A stretch of DNA of 62,873 nucleotides, counting the filler, from Chiloscyllium plagiosum (taxonomy: Eukaryota): the NCBI RefSeq assembly GCF_004010195.1. It is 4 parts of one record of this genome, joined end to end, with 100 filler letters (N's around TTAATTAATTAA, not from the genome) between each part and the next. Parts side by side here need not be neighbours in the genome. Positions count along the whole stretch, not along the records: positions 12,690 to 26,088 come from NC_057714.1; positions 26,189 to 57,519 come from NC_057714.1; 2 more parts are not named here. One strand, written 5' to 3'. The number at the start of each line of letters is the position of its first letter. Position 1 is the stretch's first letter. A model generated the notes under the pieces. It saw only the letters and a list, made by a program, of their open reading frames with translations, did not search any database and had not been told where the DNA came from. The position numbers and the translations under genes are program-made. Of this stretch, positions 24,100 to 35,685 are shown piece by piece.

Positions 24100-25925
24100 A
24101 TGCACAACAGAAATGTAGAGGTTGTTTAGAGAGCATTTGCTGATAGTGCTGGACAGGTTTGTACCACTGAGGCAAGGAAGGGATGGTAGGGTGAAGGAAT
24201 CTTTGATGACAAGAGATATGAATATCTAGTCAAGAGGAAAAGGGAAGCTTACTTAAAGTTGCAGTAATAGTGGAGGGAACTTGTGCTTGGAGTCAGAGGA
24301 GGTAGGGGAGGACCTTAATGAATACTTTGTTTCAGTATTCTCTACTGACAGGGACATTGACATTCCTGAGGACAACATGAAACAAACTGATGTGCTCAAA
24401 CCCCTGGGCCAGATGGCATATATCCAAGGTTGTATAGGAAGGAAAGGCAGAGAATGCTGTTCCTTTGGTGATGATCTTTGCATCCTCACTGTCCACTGGA
24501 GTAGTACCAGATGATTGGAGGGTGGCATATATCATTCTCTTATTCAAGAAAGGGAATAGGGATAATCCTGGGAATTACACATCAGTCAGTCATACGGCAG
24601 TGGTGTAAATTATTGGAGACAATTCTGAGAGACAGAATTTATGATTACTTGGAAAACCAGTCTGATTGGAGATAGTCAACATGGCTTTGTGAGAGGCAGG
24701 TCATGCCTCACAAACCTTATTGAAGTTTTTGAGGATGTAACAAAACACATTGATGAAGGTAGAGCAGTGGATGTGGTGTACATGGATTTTAGCAAGGCTT
24801 TTGATAAGGTTCCCCATGGTAGGCTCATTCAGAAAGTAAGGAGGCATGGGATACAGGGAAACCTGTCTGTCTGGATACACAACTGGCTGGCCCATGGAAG
24901 ACAAAGAGTGATAGTAGATGGAAGGTATTCAGCCTGGAGCTTGGTGACCAGTGGTGTTCTGCAGGGATCTGTTCTTGGACCTTTGCTCTTTGTGATTTTT
25001 ATAAATGACTTGGATGAGGAATTGGAAAGGTGGGTAAGTAAGTTTGCCGATAACATGAAGGTCGGTGCAGTTGTGAATAGGGTGGAGACCTGTTGTAGAT
25101 TGCAACGGAGCAGTGACAGGATGCAGAACTGAGCTGAGAAGTGGCAGATGGAGTTCAACTTGGTAAAATGTGAAGTGATTCATTTTGGAAATTCAAATTT
25201 GAATGCAGAACACAGGGTTAAAAGCAGGATTCTTGGCAGTGTGGAAGAACAGAGGGATCTTTGGGTCCATGTCCAAAAATCCCTCAAAGTTGCCACCAAA
25301 GTTGATAAGGTTGTTAAGAAAGAGTATATGGTGTGTTGGCTTTTGTTAGCAGGAGGATTGAGTTTAAAAGCCATGAGGTTATGATGCAGTTCTATAGCGC
25401 TCTGGTCAGACCACACTTGGAACATTGTGTTCAGTTCTGGTCACTTCATTATAGGAGAGATTTGGAAAGTTTAGAGAGGGTGCAGAGGAGATTTACCAGG
25501 ATGCTGCCTGGACTGGAGGGCATGTTTTATGAAGAAAGGTTGAGGAAGCTAGGGCTTGTCTCATTAGAGTGAAGAAGGATGAGAGGTGACTTGATAGAGG
25601 TGTGCAAGATGATGAGAGGCACAGATAGAGTGGATAGCCAGAGACTTTTTCCCAGGGTTGAAATGGCTATCACAAGAGGGAATAGTTTTAAGTTGATTGG
25701 AGGAAAGTTTAGGGGAGATGTCAGATGTAGGTTCTTTACTCAGTGCATGGAATGCACTGCCAGCAGTGGTAATAGAGTCAGATACATTAGGTACATTTAA
25801 GTGACTCCGGATAGGCACCTGGAAGTTAGTACAATGAAGGGCATGTAGGTTAGTCTGATCTTAGAGTAGGATAAAAGGCTGGCACAACATCGAGGGCTGA
25901 AAGGCCTGCACTGTGCAGTACTGTT
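24100..25925 (+). mobile_element. CR1 LINE ORF2 to 3' end
   Basis: SQHGFVRGRSCLTNL, MDFSKAFDKVPH, VTSGVLQGSVLGP, HLEHCVQFWS. Confidence 0.95.
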
Positions 25926-26088
25926 CAGGATGTCTCAGAGAGGGTGCAGAAAGTTCTCATGGGGGAGAGGGGCCAGCAGGAGGTCATTGTCCACATTGGA
26001 ACCAACGACATTGGAAGGGAAAAGGTTGAGATTCTGAAGGGAGATTACAGAGAGTTAGGCAGAAATTTAAAAAGGAGGTCCTCAAGGG
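25925..26088 (+). mobile_element. CR1 ORF1 esterase fragment, cut by gap
   Basis: QQEVIVHIGTNDIGREK. Confidence 0.85.
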
Positions 26089-26529
26089 NNNNNNNNNNNN
26101 NNNNNNNNNNNNNNNNNNNNNNNNNNNNNNNNTTAATTAATTAANNNNNNNNNNNNNNNNNNNNNNNNNNNNNNNNNNNNNNNNNNNNTGAAGAAAGAAT
26201 ATGCCTAACAATGACCTACAGCGGGATGAGGTCAAACGGACTTGTGAGGCCAGAATTAAGCATTTTGTCACAGACAAGGCCGGATAAGGCAAGAGATAAA
26301 CAGGAGTAATGGGTGCCGGTCTTAGGGAAGTGGAAGATGTAAACAGGGGAGGAGCAATGTAAAACAAAAGAAACCAAATTATATAAATGTTGTGTGTTAA
26401 TTGAATTATGGGTGTGTATGTCTCTGGACATCACACCCTCTTGCAAATGTAAAATAAAGGACACTACTGATTCAGATTTTGTCTTGGACTGCAATTATTG
26501 AAGTATGTGAGCTTTGTTTCTCACAATTT

Positions 26530-27020
26530 GATCTCCTTTTCCAAGAAAAGATACATCTGCCATTGAGGTTGTGCAACAGTGGTTCACCACACTCATTCCA
26601 AGGATGGCAGGTTTGTTATATGAGGATCAATTGGGTCGATTGAGTCTGTATTCACTGAGATTTCATGGAAACATAAAATTCTGACAGGGCTGGACAGATT
26701 GCATGCACAGACAATGTTTATCCTGACTGGGGAGGGGTTCAGGATCCAGATCAGTGAGTCACAGTCTCAGGATTACACCATTTAGGACTGAGGTGAGGAG
26801 ATGATTAACCTGTGGAATTCTTGAACACAGAAAGTTGTGAACATCAAGCTACTGAATATAGTGAAGGAAAAAAATAGATTTCTAGAAGTTAAAGGGGTGT
26901 GCAGTGAGATTATGTGTATGGTCTTGAGCTAGAGGATTGGCCGTGGTCATGTTGAATAGGAGAGCAAACTTGTTGGGCTGAATGGCCTACTGCTCCTCCT
27001 ATTTTCTGTATTTATATGTT
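26530..27020 (+). mobile_element. Old CR1 3' fragment
   Basis: CTGTGGAATTCTT..., GAATGGCCTACTGCTCCT tail. Confidence 0.75.
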
Positions 27021-28390
27021 TCTTTTGTCACAGCTGCTGCCAATCCTTTGAGCATTTCCTGCTTCTTTTGATTTAATTTCAAAATTTCTGACCTCTGCTG
27101 TATTTTCTTCCTTTGTCTGGGTGCCTGAGCTCTGAACCACTTGAGATAATGAGAGGAGCTTAACGAGTTCAGATTTTCAGCATCCGCAGTTCTTTGTATT
27201 TAATTACAGTTAGTTAATTAAACTGAGGCTGGAATCTTCCACAATTTTCATTTAACCAGCCAAGGGAAAACTAAGCAAACCTCCGCAATGTTTAGTATTG
27301 TTTGAGTTTTTGTGATAAACTCACCAATCTCAAACATGGTGAAGAATTAGTACCAGTGTAATAATCCTGTTTTAGAACCATGCATCCTGTTGAAATTGAG
27401 CTTTTCACAAGACAATGCTTATCCCCAATTATATTCTACATATTAACAATCTAACTTACACAATTTTAAAATTGTTTCTCACAGCAACACCTCTGCATGG
27501 AATAGAAATATTGTCCTGCAGTGAGTCTCTTTTGCAACTTACGGGTTTGTTCCTCATGGTTCAAACTTAATAGGCCTGTTTGCTTTTATATTATTAATGG
27601 TTCTTCATATTTTAAAATCACATATAATATCCCCCACACTTTCCCCCATTTTTACAGTTTTTTTTTAATGATATATGTTAAATAGGTGCAACTTTTTCTA
27701 ATGTCAACCCAAGTTTGTAAATCTACCATGCAAGTCTGTTCTGAAATCCCTCCAATCATACAGTTCCCTGTAAATATAAGGTGACCAAAACCATGCAAAT
27801 ATTCCACATGAAGCTATGGCGATAAATTTTAACCAGGCTAATGCACAATTCCAAATCCCCTCAATATTTTGAGAATTCCAGCATGGAACGATTCTTCCAC
27901 TCCCTGACAGATCCATACAGACATGTCTCTATCCCATACCTTAAATCACTTTTTTTCTGGCATGGAGAAAGCCAGACAGAAAATTGAGAGGACTGTGAAT
28001 GAAATCCATCCATTCAACTAAAGGAGGTCAAATGGCAGATGGAGACTGAACTTCGATAGAATCCCGTGCATGGTCACACATTCAGGATCATACAATACTC
28101 ATGTGGTTCTTCACTGGGGGCTGTGGTATAAAGGACTCCTTCTATTATGTATGTAATCTTATTCCCCCCTGGTAAAATGTTCAGCAGGCCAGAAACAACA
28201 CACACATGGTTTAACATTGTCCAAATGGCAGGCCATGACCATCTCCCATCTCCCAACAATAGAGAATCCAACCCATTGCCCCTGATATTCAATGGGATGG
28301 CCTGGTTGAAGATTTTATGCTGAGGCAATTGGCAAACATAATGGAGAACTTTCAGAGCAATTTTTTCAAAATACTCAGCAAAAGTATATA

Positions 28391-28737
28391 CAGGTAGACA
28401 ACCCTTTATCCAAAACCCTGAAATCCGAAAAGCTCTGAAATCCAAAGGTATTTTTGTGAAGTTTTTTTTTCTCATTAACAAGGTTGTTTGGCGACAAAGA
28501 GTTAACTGAAGTCCACACCCACTTGATGCATGTCACTCAGTTGTGACATGGGCATGCATGGCCCAGCACTGGCAGGCTTCAATTCTGTTTCAGGGCCTGT
28601 TTTACTCAGTGAGTCGCTGTTAGGTTAGATTTTTAAAAATTTCATCATCAAACTGTCACTTATTCTAAAATTCGAAAAATTCTGAATTCCAAAAACCAGC
28701 AGGTCCCGAGCATTTCGGATAAAGGATTGTGCAGCTG
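28391..28737. mobile_element. Tc1/mariner (pogo/Tigger-like) MITE
   Basis: TA-CAGGTAGACAACCCTTTATCC ... GGATAAAGGATTGTGCAGCTG-TA; 21-bp TIR with 17/21 match; TA TSD; subterminal AAATCCGAA-type repeats. Confidence 0.85.
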
Positions 28738-28740
28738 TAC

Positions 28741-30788
28741 CAGTGAAAAGGAAGGAAAAGGGGTAATCTGCCATGGGTGTCTAAGGAAATAAGGGAGGCT
28801 ATCAATTTGAAAGAGAAGGCATACAAAATGGCCAAGATCAGTGGGAAACTAGAAGTTTGGGAAAGCTTTAAAGGTCAACAGAAAGCTACAAAAAGAACTA
28901 TGAAGAAAAGTAAGATAGATTATGAGAAAAATCTAGCTCAGAATATAAAGACAGATAGAAAAAGCTTCTATAAATGTACAAAACAAAAAAGAGTGGCTGA
29001 AGTAAACATTGGTCCTTTAGAGGATACAAAAGGGGATTTAGTAATGGGATATGAGGAAATGGCCGAAGTATTGAACAAGTATTTAATGTTTGTCATCACA
29101 GTGGAGGGGACGAATAGCATGGCAGTAATTGACAAAAAAACAAAGGTAGGTGAGGACCTGGAAGCAATCATTATCATGGCAGAGGTATAATGGGCAAGCT
29201 GTTGGAGTTAAGGGTAGACATGTTTCCTGGCCCGGACGGAATGCATCGCAGGATACTTAAAGAGATGGCAGGAGAAATAGTTAATGCACATGTGGTAATT
29301 TTCCAAAATTAACTGGACTCTGGGGCAGTTCCAGCTGATTGGAAAATAGCAAATGTAATGCTATTGTTTAAAAAGGGAGATAGACAAAACATGGGGAAAT
29401 TATAGACCAGTTAACTTAACTTCTGTAGTGAGGGAAAAAGCTTAAGTTTATTATCAAGGAATAAATAGCAAGGCACCTAGAGAGAAATTGTCCCTTTGGG
29501 CAGACACAGCATGGGTTCATGAAGGGAAGATCGTGCTTAACTAATCTTTTGGAATTCTATGAAGAGAATGAACATGGTTAACAACAGGGACTCAAGAGAT
29601 GTGGTCTATCTAGATTTCCAAAAGGCATTCAATAAGGTGCTGCACAAAAGGTTGACACATAAGATAAAGATGTAAGGCATTACAGGCAATGGATGAGCAT
29701 GGACAGAGGAGTTGTTAACCAACAGGAAGCAAACAGTGGGAATAAATGAGTGCTGTTCAGGTTGACATCAGTGACTAGTGGTGTGCCTCAGGGATCAGTG
29801 TTGGGACTGCAATTATTCTCAATTTACATAGATAACTTAGAGTTGGGGCCGCATGTAGTATGTCAAAGTTTGTGGATGACACTAAGATGATCAAAGCGTG
29901 CAGAGGACTGTGAACTCTGCAGAGGGACTTAAATAGTTTAAGTGACTGGGCAAAGGTCTGACAGATGGATTACAATGTTAATAAATGTGAAGCCATCCAT
30001 TTTGATAGCTATAATAGTAAAAAGAACAATCACTTCAACGGTAAGAAATTACAGTACGCTGCAGTACAGAGGGATACGGGTGTCCTTATGCATGAATCAC
30101 AGAAGGTTGGTCTGCAGGTACAACAGGTAATTAGGAACGTAAATGGAATTTTGTCCTTTATTGCTAACGGGATTGAGTTTAAAAGCAAGGAGGTTACGCT
30201 GCAGCTGTATAGGGTGTTGGCGAGACCACACCTGGAGCACTGTATGCAATTTTGATCTCCTTACTTGAGAAAGGGTGTACTGGCACTGGAGGGGGAGCAG
30301 AATAAGTTCGCTAGGTTGATTCCGGAGTTGAGGGGGTTGGTTTATGAGGAGACACTGAGTAGACTGAGATTATATTCCCAGTAGACTGGAAGAATGAGGG
30401 GTGATCTTATGGAAACATATAAAATTATGAAAGGAATAGATAAGCTATAAGTAAAGAAGATGTTTCCACCAGTGGGTGATACTAAGACAAAAGGACATCG
30501 CCTCAAAATTAGGGGGAGCAGATTTAGGACTGAATTGGGAAGGAACACCAGAGGGTTGTGAATCTATGGAATTCCCTGCCCAGTGAAGTAGTTGAGACTT
30601 CCTCAGTAAGTGTTTTTAAAGCTAAGATAGATAATGTTTTGACCAGTAAAGGAATTAAGGGATATGGTGAGAAGGCGGGTAAGTGGAGCTGAGGCCATGA
30701 AAAGATTAGCCATGAATTTATCAAATGAAGGAACAGGCTCAAAGGGCCAGATGGCCACCCCTGCTCCTAGTGCTTATTTCTTATGTGA
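28741..30788 (+). mobile_element. CR1 LINE ORF2 (linker, RT) to 3' tail
   Basis: KSFYK...[40 protein letters not shown]. Confidence 0.93.
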
Positions 30789-30959
30789 CAGCCTAGTGGT
30801 ATTGTTATAAAGCAGAGACTGACACCCCCGAGAACTAATATCAAAACTCCAAAGAGGTGCACCTCACCCAATAATCTGTAAAAGAAGTATGAAAAATGGT
30901 ATTATCTGCTTTTTAGCAACTTCTTTTGGTTAAATAAAATAAACTGGGTAGCACAGGGG

Positions 30960-31240
30960 CAGTGGGTGCATGATGGCACAGTGGTTAGCACTGCTGCCTC
31001 ACAGCGCCAGAGACCCAGGTTCAATGCCCACCTCAGGTGACTGACTGCGTGGAGTTTGCACATTCTCCCTGTGTCTGCGTGGACTTTCTCTGGTTTCCTC
31101 CCACAGTTCAAAGATGTGCAGGTCAGGTGAATTGGCCGTGCTAAATTGCCCGTAGTGTGAGGTGTAGGGGTATGGGTGGGTTGCGCGTCGGTGTGGACTT
31201 GTTGGGCCGAAGTGCCTGTTTCCACACTGTAAGTAATCTT
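30960..31240 (+). mobile_element. HE1-type V-SINE
   Basis: TGGCACAGTGGTTAGCACTGCTGCCTCACAGCGCCAG...GTTTCCACACTGTAAGTAATCT. Confidence 0.9.
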
Positions 31241-31333
31241 AAAAAAAATCCCTGACACTCACTTTAAAATCAACAAGTAACAAATTATTTATCTAACTCT
31301 AACAGTGAAAAAAATAACTAGATACTAGCAAAC

Positions 31334-31823
31334 TGTGGGAGATTAGAAATGTTTTTGTAGGTGGGGGGAAGGGAAGGGGAACATTATACAAACTGTCGCG
31401 GAATTCTTGTAGCATGTAGCATACTTAAGGCTAAGACTTTAATGAATATAGAGGGTCTTTTAAAGAAAATAGTTTTAAGCTAGGAAATAACTTTCACTTC
31501 ACAATGAAGCTTATAGTGTGATAAGAGAAACTGGAATAAAGAACAAGCTGTAACAAACAAGGAACAAAGAATGCAGACAAGGACAGCAGGATGGCCAGAT
31601 AAGAAATTAACTAACAAGTGAGATAATTGGCTTATGATAGGATGGGAAAAGGGAGGCGTGATTCTGCAACTTGTAAACTGAATAAGAATGCTTTAATGTG
31701 TCATTTTCGTGCGCATTTCCATTTGATTACAGAAGCTTCCAGTTCTTGTGAGACTGTAATAAATTGTTCTTGTTTCCAAGGCTTTGTCTCTGACTGATTG
31801 ATTTGTGAGTTCTGTTTCTCACA
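31334..31823 (+). repeat. ERV 5' LTR (490 bp)
   Basis: TGTGGGAGA...TCTCACA; AATAAA at 31758-31763; direct repeat of 37005-37512. Confidence 0.97.
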
Positions 31824-31825
31824 AT

Positions 31826-31843
31826 TGGGGGCTCGTCCGGGAT
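31826..31843 (+). promoter_or_regulatory. Primer-binding site, tRNA-Pro
   Basis: TGGGGGCTCGTCCGGGAT, the canonical tRNA-Pro PBS, 2 nt after the LTR. Confidence 0.97.
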
Positions 31844-32117
31844 CCAAAACTCCGACCGCTCGACACTCTTGGGACGACGGGGGAGGTGCACCTCACTGAT
31901 TTCGGTGATCTCCGACTCCCTTGCTTGTCGTTTGCGGTTTGGGCGAGTATGATCCGGACTAGGAGATCCTGGAAACTAGGTGGGCAGGCGCGGCAGGTCG
32001 GGCAACTCTTGCACACAAGACCCGGGTGGGGAAAGGTCTTAAATTATATATCCGGGCAACTGGGAGGCAGCGGTATTTGCTGCAGGAATTGCCGCGGGAC
32101 CGGCGCACCAAAATGAC

Positions 32118-32148
32118 CAGGTAACTCTGTGCACAGACCAAGGTAAGA
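32118..32148 (+). promoter_or_regulatory. Candidate major splice donors in ERV leader
   Basis: CAG|GTAACT (32120/32121) and AAG|GTAAGA (32142/32143). Confidence 0.55.
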
Positions 32149-32242
32149 AAAGAGACCTTTAAGTATTGCCTTGGTGGTCGGGCATACAAAAGTACGGGGA
32201 ATTGGCGATATATAAAATTAAGCATATGTCCATGGAAAACAG

Positions 32243-32380
32243 CCCGTGTCAGAAGGGCTAGTAGCTGAAGGGCTACTGAGGGTGCACTTTATAACTAACT
32301 TATGGCCAGACGTCCAGAAAAATATTCAAAAGCTAGAGGAGTCGTTGCGGGAAGCTCAAAGTGTCTGTCAGACAGGGTGA
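32243..32380 (+). pseudogene. Capsid C-terminal-domain-like remnant in the ERV 5' leader
   Basis: Translates PVSEGLVAEGLLRVHFITNLWPDVQKNIQKLEESLREAQSV, matching the class I gag pattern FVTxSWPDIxKKLQKL...LREAQKV. Confidence 0.7.
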
Positions 32381-32831
32381 GAGAGTGTGAGTGTGAGAGA
32401 GAGAGAGAGAGAAAAGAGCTGTACAGCTAGTAGAAAGTTTAACCCTTTGTGATTCGGTTTGAATGCACATTTGTTTGTTGGTAATTCAGTGTTTGTGCTT
32501 TGTTCCCTGGAGCTTGAGATCCGGGACTGTTTTGAATCTGATTTCTACTATGGAAATTTTAACATGATTCCTTTTAAGGTTAAGGATTTTACAGATTATG
32601 AAATAAAATGTTAACTTCTGTTCTTTTTACAGGTCATGACTGCCTTACTATCAGTTTCTAACTAATCTCTTTTATCCTTACATAAAAGTGATTTATAGAG
32701 AATGGTTGAAGTCTCAAAAAGCATATAATTGGTCAGATTAATCAGGCGAGTAAGGTGTCTAGTCAGGACCCTGAAGGGGGTGTGGAAGAAGGTGACACTG
32801 GACCTTGTTAAGATTAATTAAATTAGCAACA

Positions 32832-34091
32832 ATGGGAGGCACGGGGAGTTGTTTGGGTAACGATCGATCTGTAAATAACGTTAAAGGGGAATATATTCCG
32901 CCTGACAGTCCTTTGGGGAAAATGTTGGGTAATTGGGAACACAACTCCGGGACGCGGGAGAAAGATAAGGCTAAAATGATAAACTATTGTTGTTTTGTTT
33001 GGACTAGAGAAAGTATTAAGGCGCCTGGTATTTTTTGGTGCAAATATGGGTCCGATGAGGATTGGCTGTGTCAAGATCTTAATATATATGTCAATCGAAA
33101 AGAACCGTATAGTCAAGAAGAGTCAGAATATGCGACTTGTTGGATAGGGAGCACGGGAGTAAAATTATGTCCCATGAATACGGAGGAATCAGGGAAAGAA
33201 CAGAAAAAAATGAAAAGGGAAGCCACAATGGGATCCCTTAATGGGTTTGCCGCCTCCATATATTACTCCCCGGAAGGAGCCTACAGCTCCCGAAGTAGAA
33301 CCAAGTCCAGACACAGAAAAGGGAATGGACTCTGAACTAAAAGATGCAGAATCTAGGGGGCTCAGAATCACTCGAGCCACCACACGTAAAGGGGGGGAGG
33401 CAGAGATAATGGAAAATGTAAAATTATGTCCCTTACGAGAGGTTCCGATTGGGGAAGGTACAATCGGATATGTAAACACTCCCTTAACTAGCAGTGAAGT
33501 TAGGGTCTTTGAAAAGGAAATGAAAAGTTTAATAGAGGATCCAGTTGGACTAGCCGAACAATTAGATCAATTCCTAGGGCCTAATTTATATACCTGGGCA
33601 ATTTTAGGAATGTTATTTTTAGGGGAAGAACGAGGTATGATTAGGAGAGCAGCTTCATAGGAATGGGAAAAGAAGCACCCAGTTGGGGAAGAAGGGGCCC
33701 CAGCAGAACAGAAATTCACAAATGTTGACCCTCACTGGGAGAATAATGACAGAAGAGATAGGGAGTCAATGCAGGATCTATGAGAAATGGTAATGTTAGG
33801 AATTAAAGAGGCGGCACCTCGATCACAAAACTTTGTTTGAAAAGGGAAGACGAGAAGCAGAAAGCCAAAATGATGGTGGCGGCAGTAGAAGAAATAACAA
33901 AAAGGAGAATGGGATCAGGGGATAACAGGAAGGGTAGGGGAGGACACGAAATACTAGGGTCAGATACCCGAGAAAGGAGGCAACAGGCAGGGTGTTACCA
34001 TTGCAGGAAAATGGGGCATTTTAAACGAGAATGCCCGGAATTAGCACGAGAAAGGGAAGCCGTTTCCCTAATGACCTTAGATGAAGATTAG
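32832..34091 (+). pseudogene. gag: ERV gag (frameshifted, MHR/CA-CTD deleted)
   Basis: MGGTGS myristoylation signal; IPPDSPLG...YCCFVW...KYGSDEDW; PPPY and PTAP; PLREVP...LIEDPVGLAEQLDQFLGP; zinc knuckle CYHCRKMGHFKREC; TAG at 34089. Confidence 0.95.
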
Positions 34092-34163
34092 GGGAGTCAG
34101 GGGTTCCTTCCTCCTTCCGGGAACCCTTGATAAATTTAAAGGTGGGACCTGAAGGGGAGGAGG
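34089..34163 (+). promoter_or_regulatory. gag-pol stop-codon readthrough signal (predicted pseudoknot)
   Basis: TAG + 8-nt spacer GGGAGTCA + stem GGGTTCC (34101-34107) / GGAACCC (34120-34126); loop CCTCCTTCC can pair with GGGAGGAGG (34155-34163). Confidence 0.65.
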
Positions 34164-35564
34164 CAGTATTTTTGGTGGACATGGGAGCGGCACGGTCATC
34201 TCTAAATTTTAGACCTACCGGCGTTAAATTGACTAAGGAGTATCTTAAGGTTTCCAGAGTAAAAGGCGAAGAATTCTTGGTGCCTATTTTTCAGCCAACC
34301 CTAATTAGAAGAACTGATGAGGAAGTGATAGGACAATTACTGTATATTCCTGACATTGGAAGTAATCTATTAGGTAGGGATTTGATTATATTGCTGGGCT
34401 TAAAAATTGGGGTGGAGGATAGTGCAGTAACTGTAACGATGGCTAAGACAACCCAAGGAAGATGGAACCTCCCGGATGGAAGGGAGTTATTAAGCAAACC
34501 AGTCATGAGAAACATCCTAACCACCTTGCACCAAGGCAGTCATTGGGGCTCTCAAGCTATGTGTGACATAGTGTTAAGGAAGTACGGATGTAAAGGGATA
34601 TACACATTAGCCAAGCAGGTATGCACAGGATGCCCGACTTGCCAAAAGATTAATAAGAAAGTAACGAGAGGGAGGCCAAGAGGTGGAAGAAACCCTGGGA
34701 TAAGACCTTTTCAAAGAATACAGGTAGATTACACAGAATTACCCCCAGTAGGGAAACAAAAGTACTTATTAGTCTTAATGGATCACCTAACTGGGTGGGT
34801 GGAGGCATTTCCAATGTCCTCAGCTACCTCGAAGGGAGTAGTGAAAACTCTTTTAGAACATATAATTCCTTGATATGGAGTGGTGGAAAGTATAGATTCG
34901 GACCAAGGTAGCCATTTTACCTCTAAGATCCTACAAGAAGTAATGGCGGGATTAGAAATCTCTTGGGAATTCCACACTCCTTGGCACCCGCCTTCCTCTG
35001 GACAGGTGGAACTAATGAATCAAACCTTAAAGAAGCAATTGCCTAAGCTAGTCCTAGAGACTCGATTACCATGGACAAAATGTTTGCCTATCGCGTTGCT
35101 ACGCATTAGGACTGCACCCAAACGTGATATGGGCCTCTCTCCTTATGAGATGATGTTTGGATTACCTTTCTTGGGTGGAAGAGGGGAATTACCAACTGTA
35201 GAGTTTCAATGATAAGTTTTTAAAGAACTATATTGTGGCGCTTGGCTCTTCTTTGTCTGTCCTTAGGAAGAAGGGTCTGTTGACCCAGACACCTCCACTT
35301 GAGTTCGCAGTACATCGGATACGACCGGATGATTGGGTCCTGATAAAGACCTGGAAAGATACTAAACTGCACCCAAGCTGGGAGGGACCATTCCTAACCC
35401 TCCTGACTACTGAAACAGCTGTCCGAACTGCTGAAAAAGGGTGGAGTCATCACACTCTTGTTAAGGGCCCGGTGGACGCTCCTTCACCTCCGGCAGAGTG
35501 GCAAGCTCATCCTACAGACAACCCTCTGAAAGTCAAGCTGAGCAAAAAGAATCGACTGCGATAA
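34092..35564 (+). pseudogene. pol: ERV pol: protease fused directly to integrase, no RT/RNase H
   Basis: FLVDMGAARS and NLLGRD (PR), followed ~65 nt later by WNLPDGRE, HQGSHWG...CPTC (HHCC), IQVDYT, DSDQGSHF, SSGQVE (DDE) and WEGPF; TGA at 34871 and frameshift at ~35210. Confidence 0.95.
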
Positions 35565-35685
35565 GAGACTGTTAAGTGTTGGTTAAAAAAAACTGTATCC
35601 CAAAACAATTGTAAGTGTTGCATGGACTCACTCCTCCCTGGTATTTAAAGGATTTGGGAATAGACAGATAGGGTTGTGAGCTGAA

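Noticed and set aside
31805..32116. 103-aa ORF across the LTR/PBS as a possible pre-gag accessory gene
   Set aside because: GTG start inside U5, GC-rich leader and no recognisable motif; likely a chance ORF
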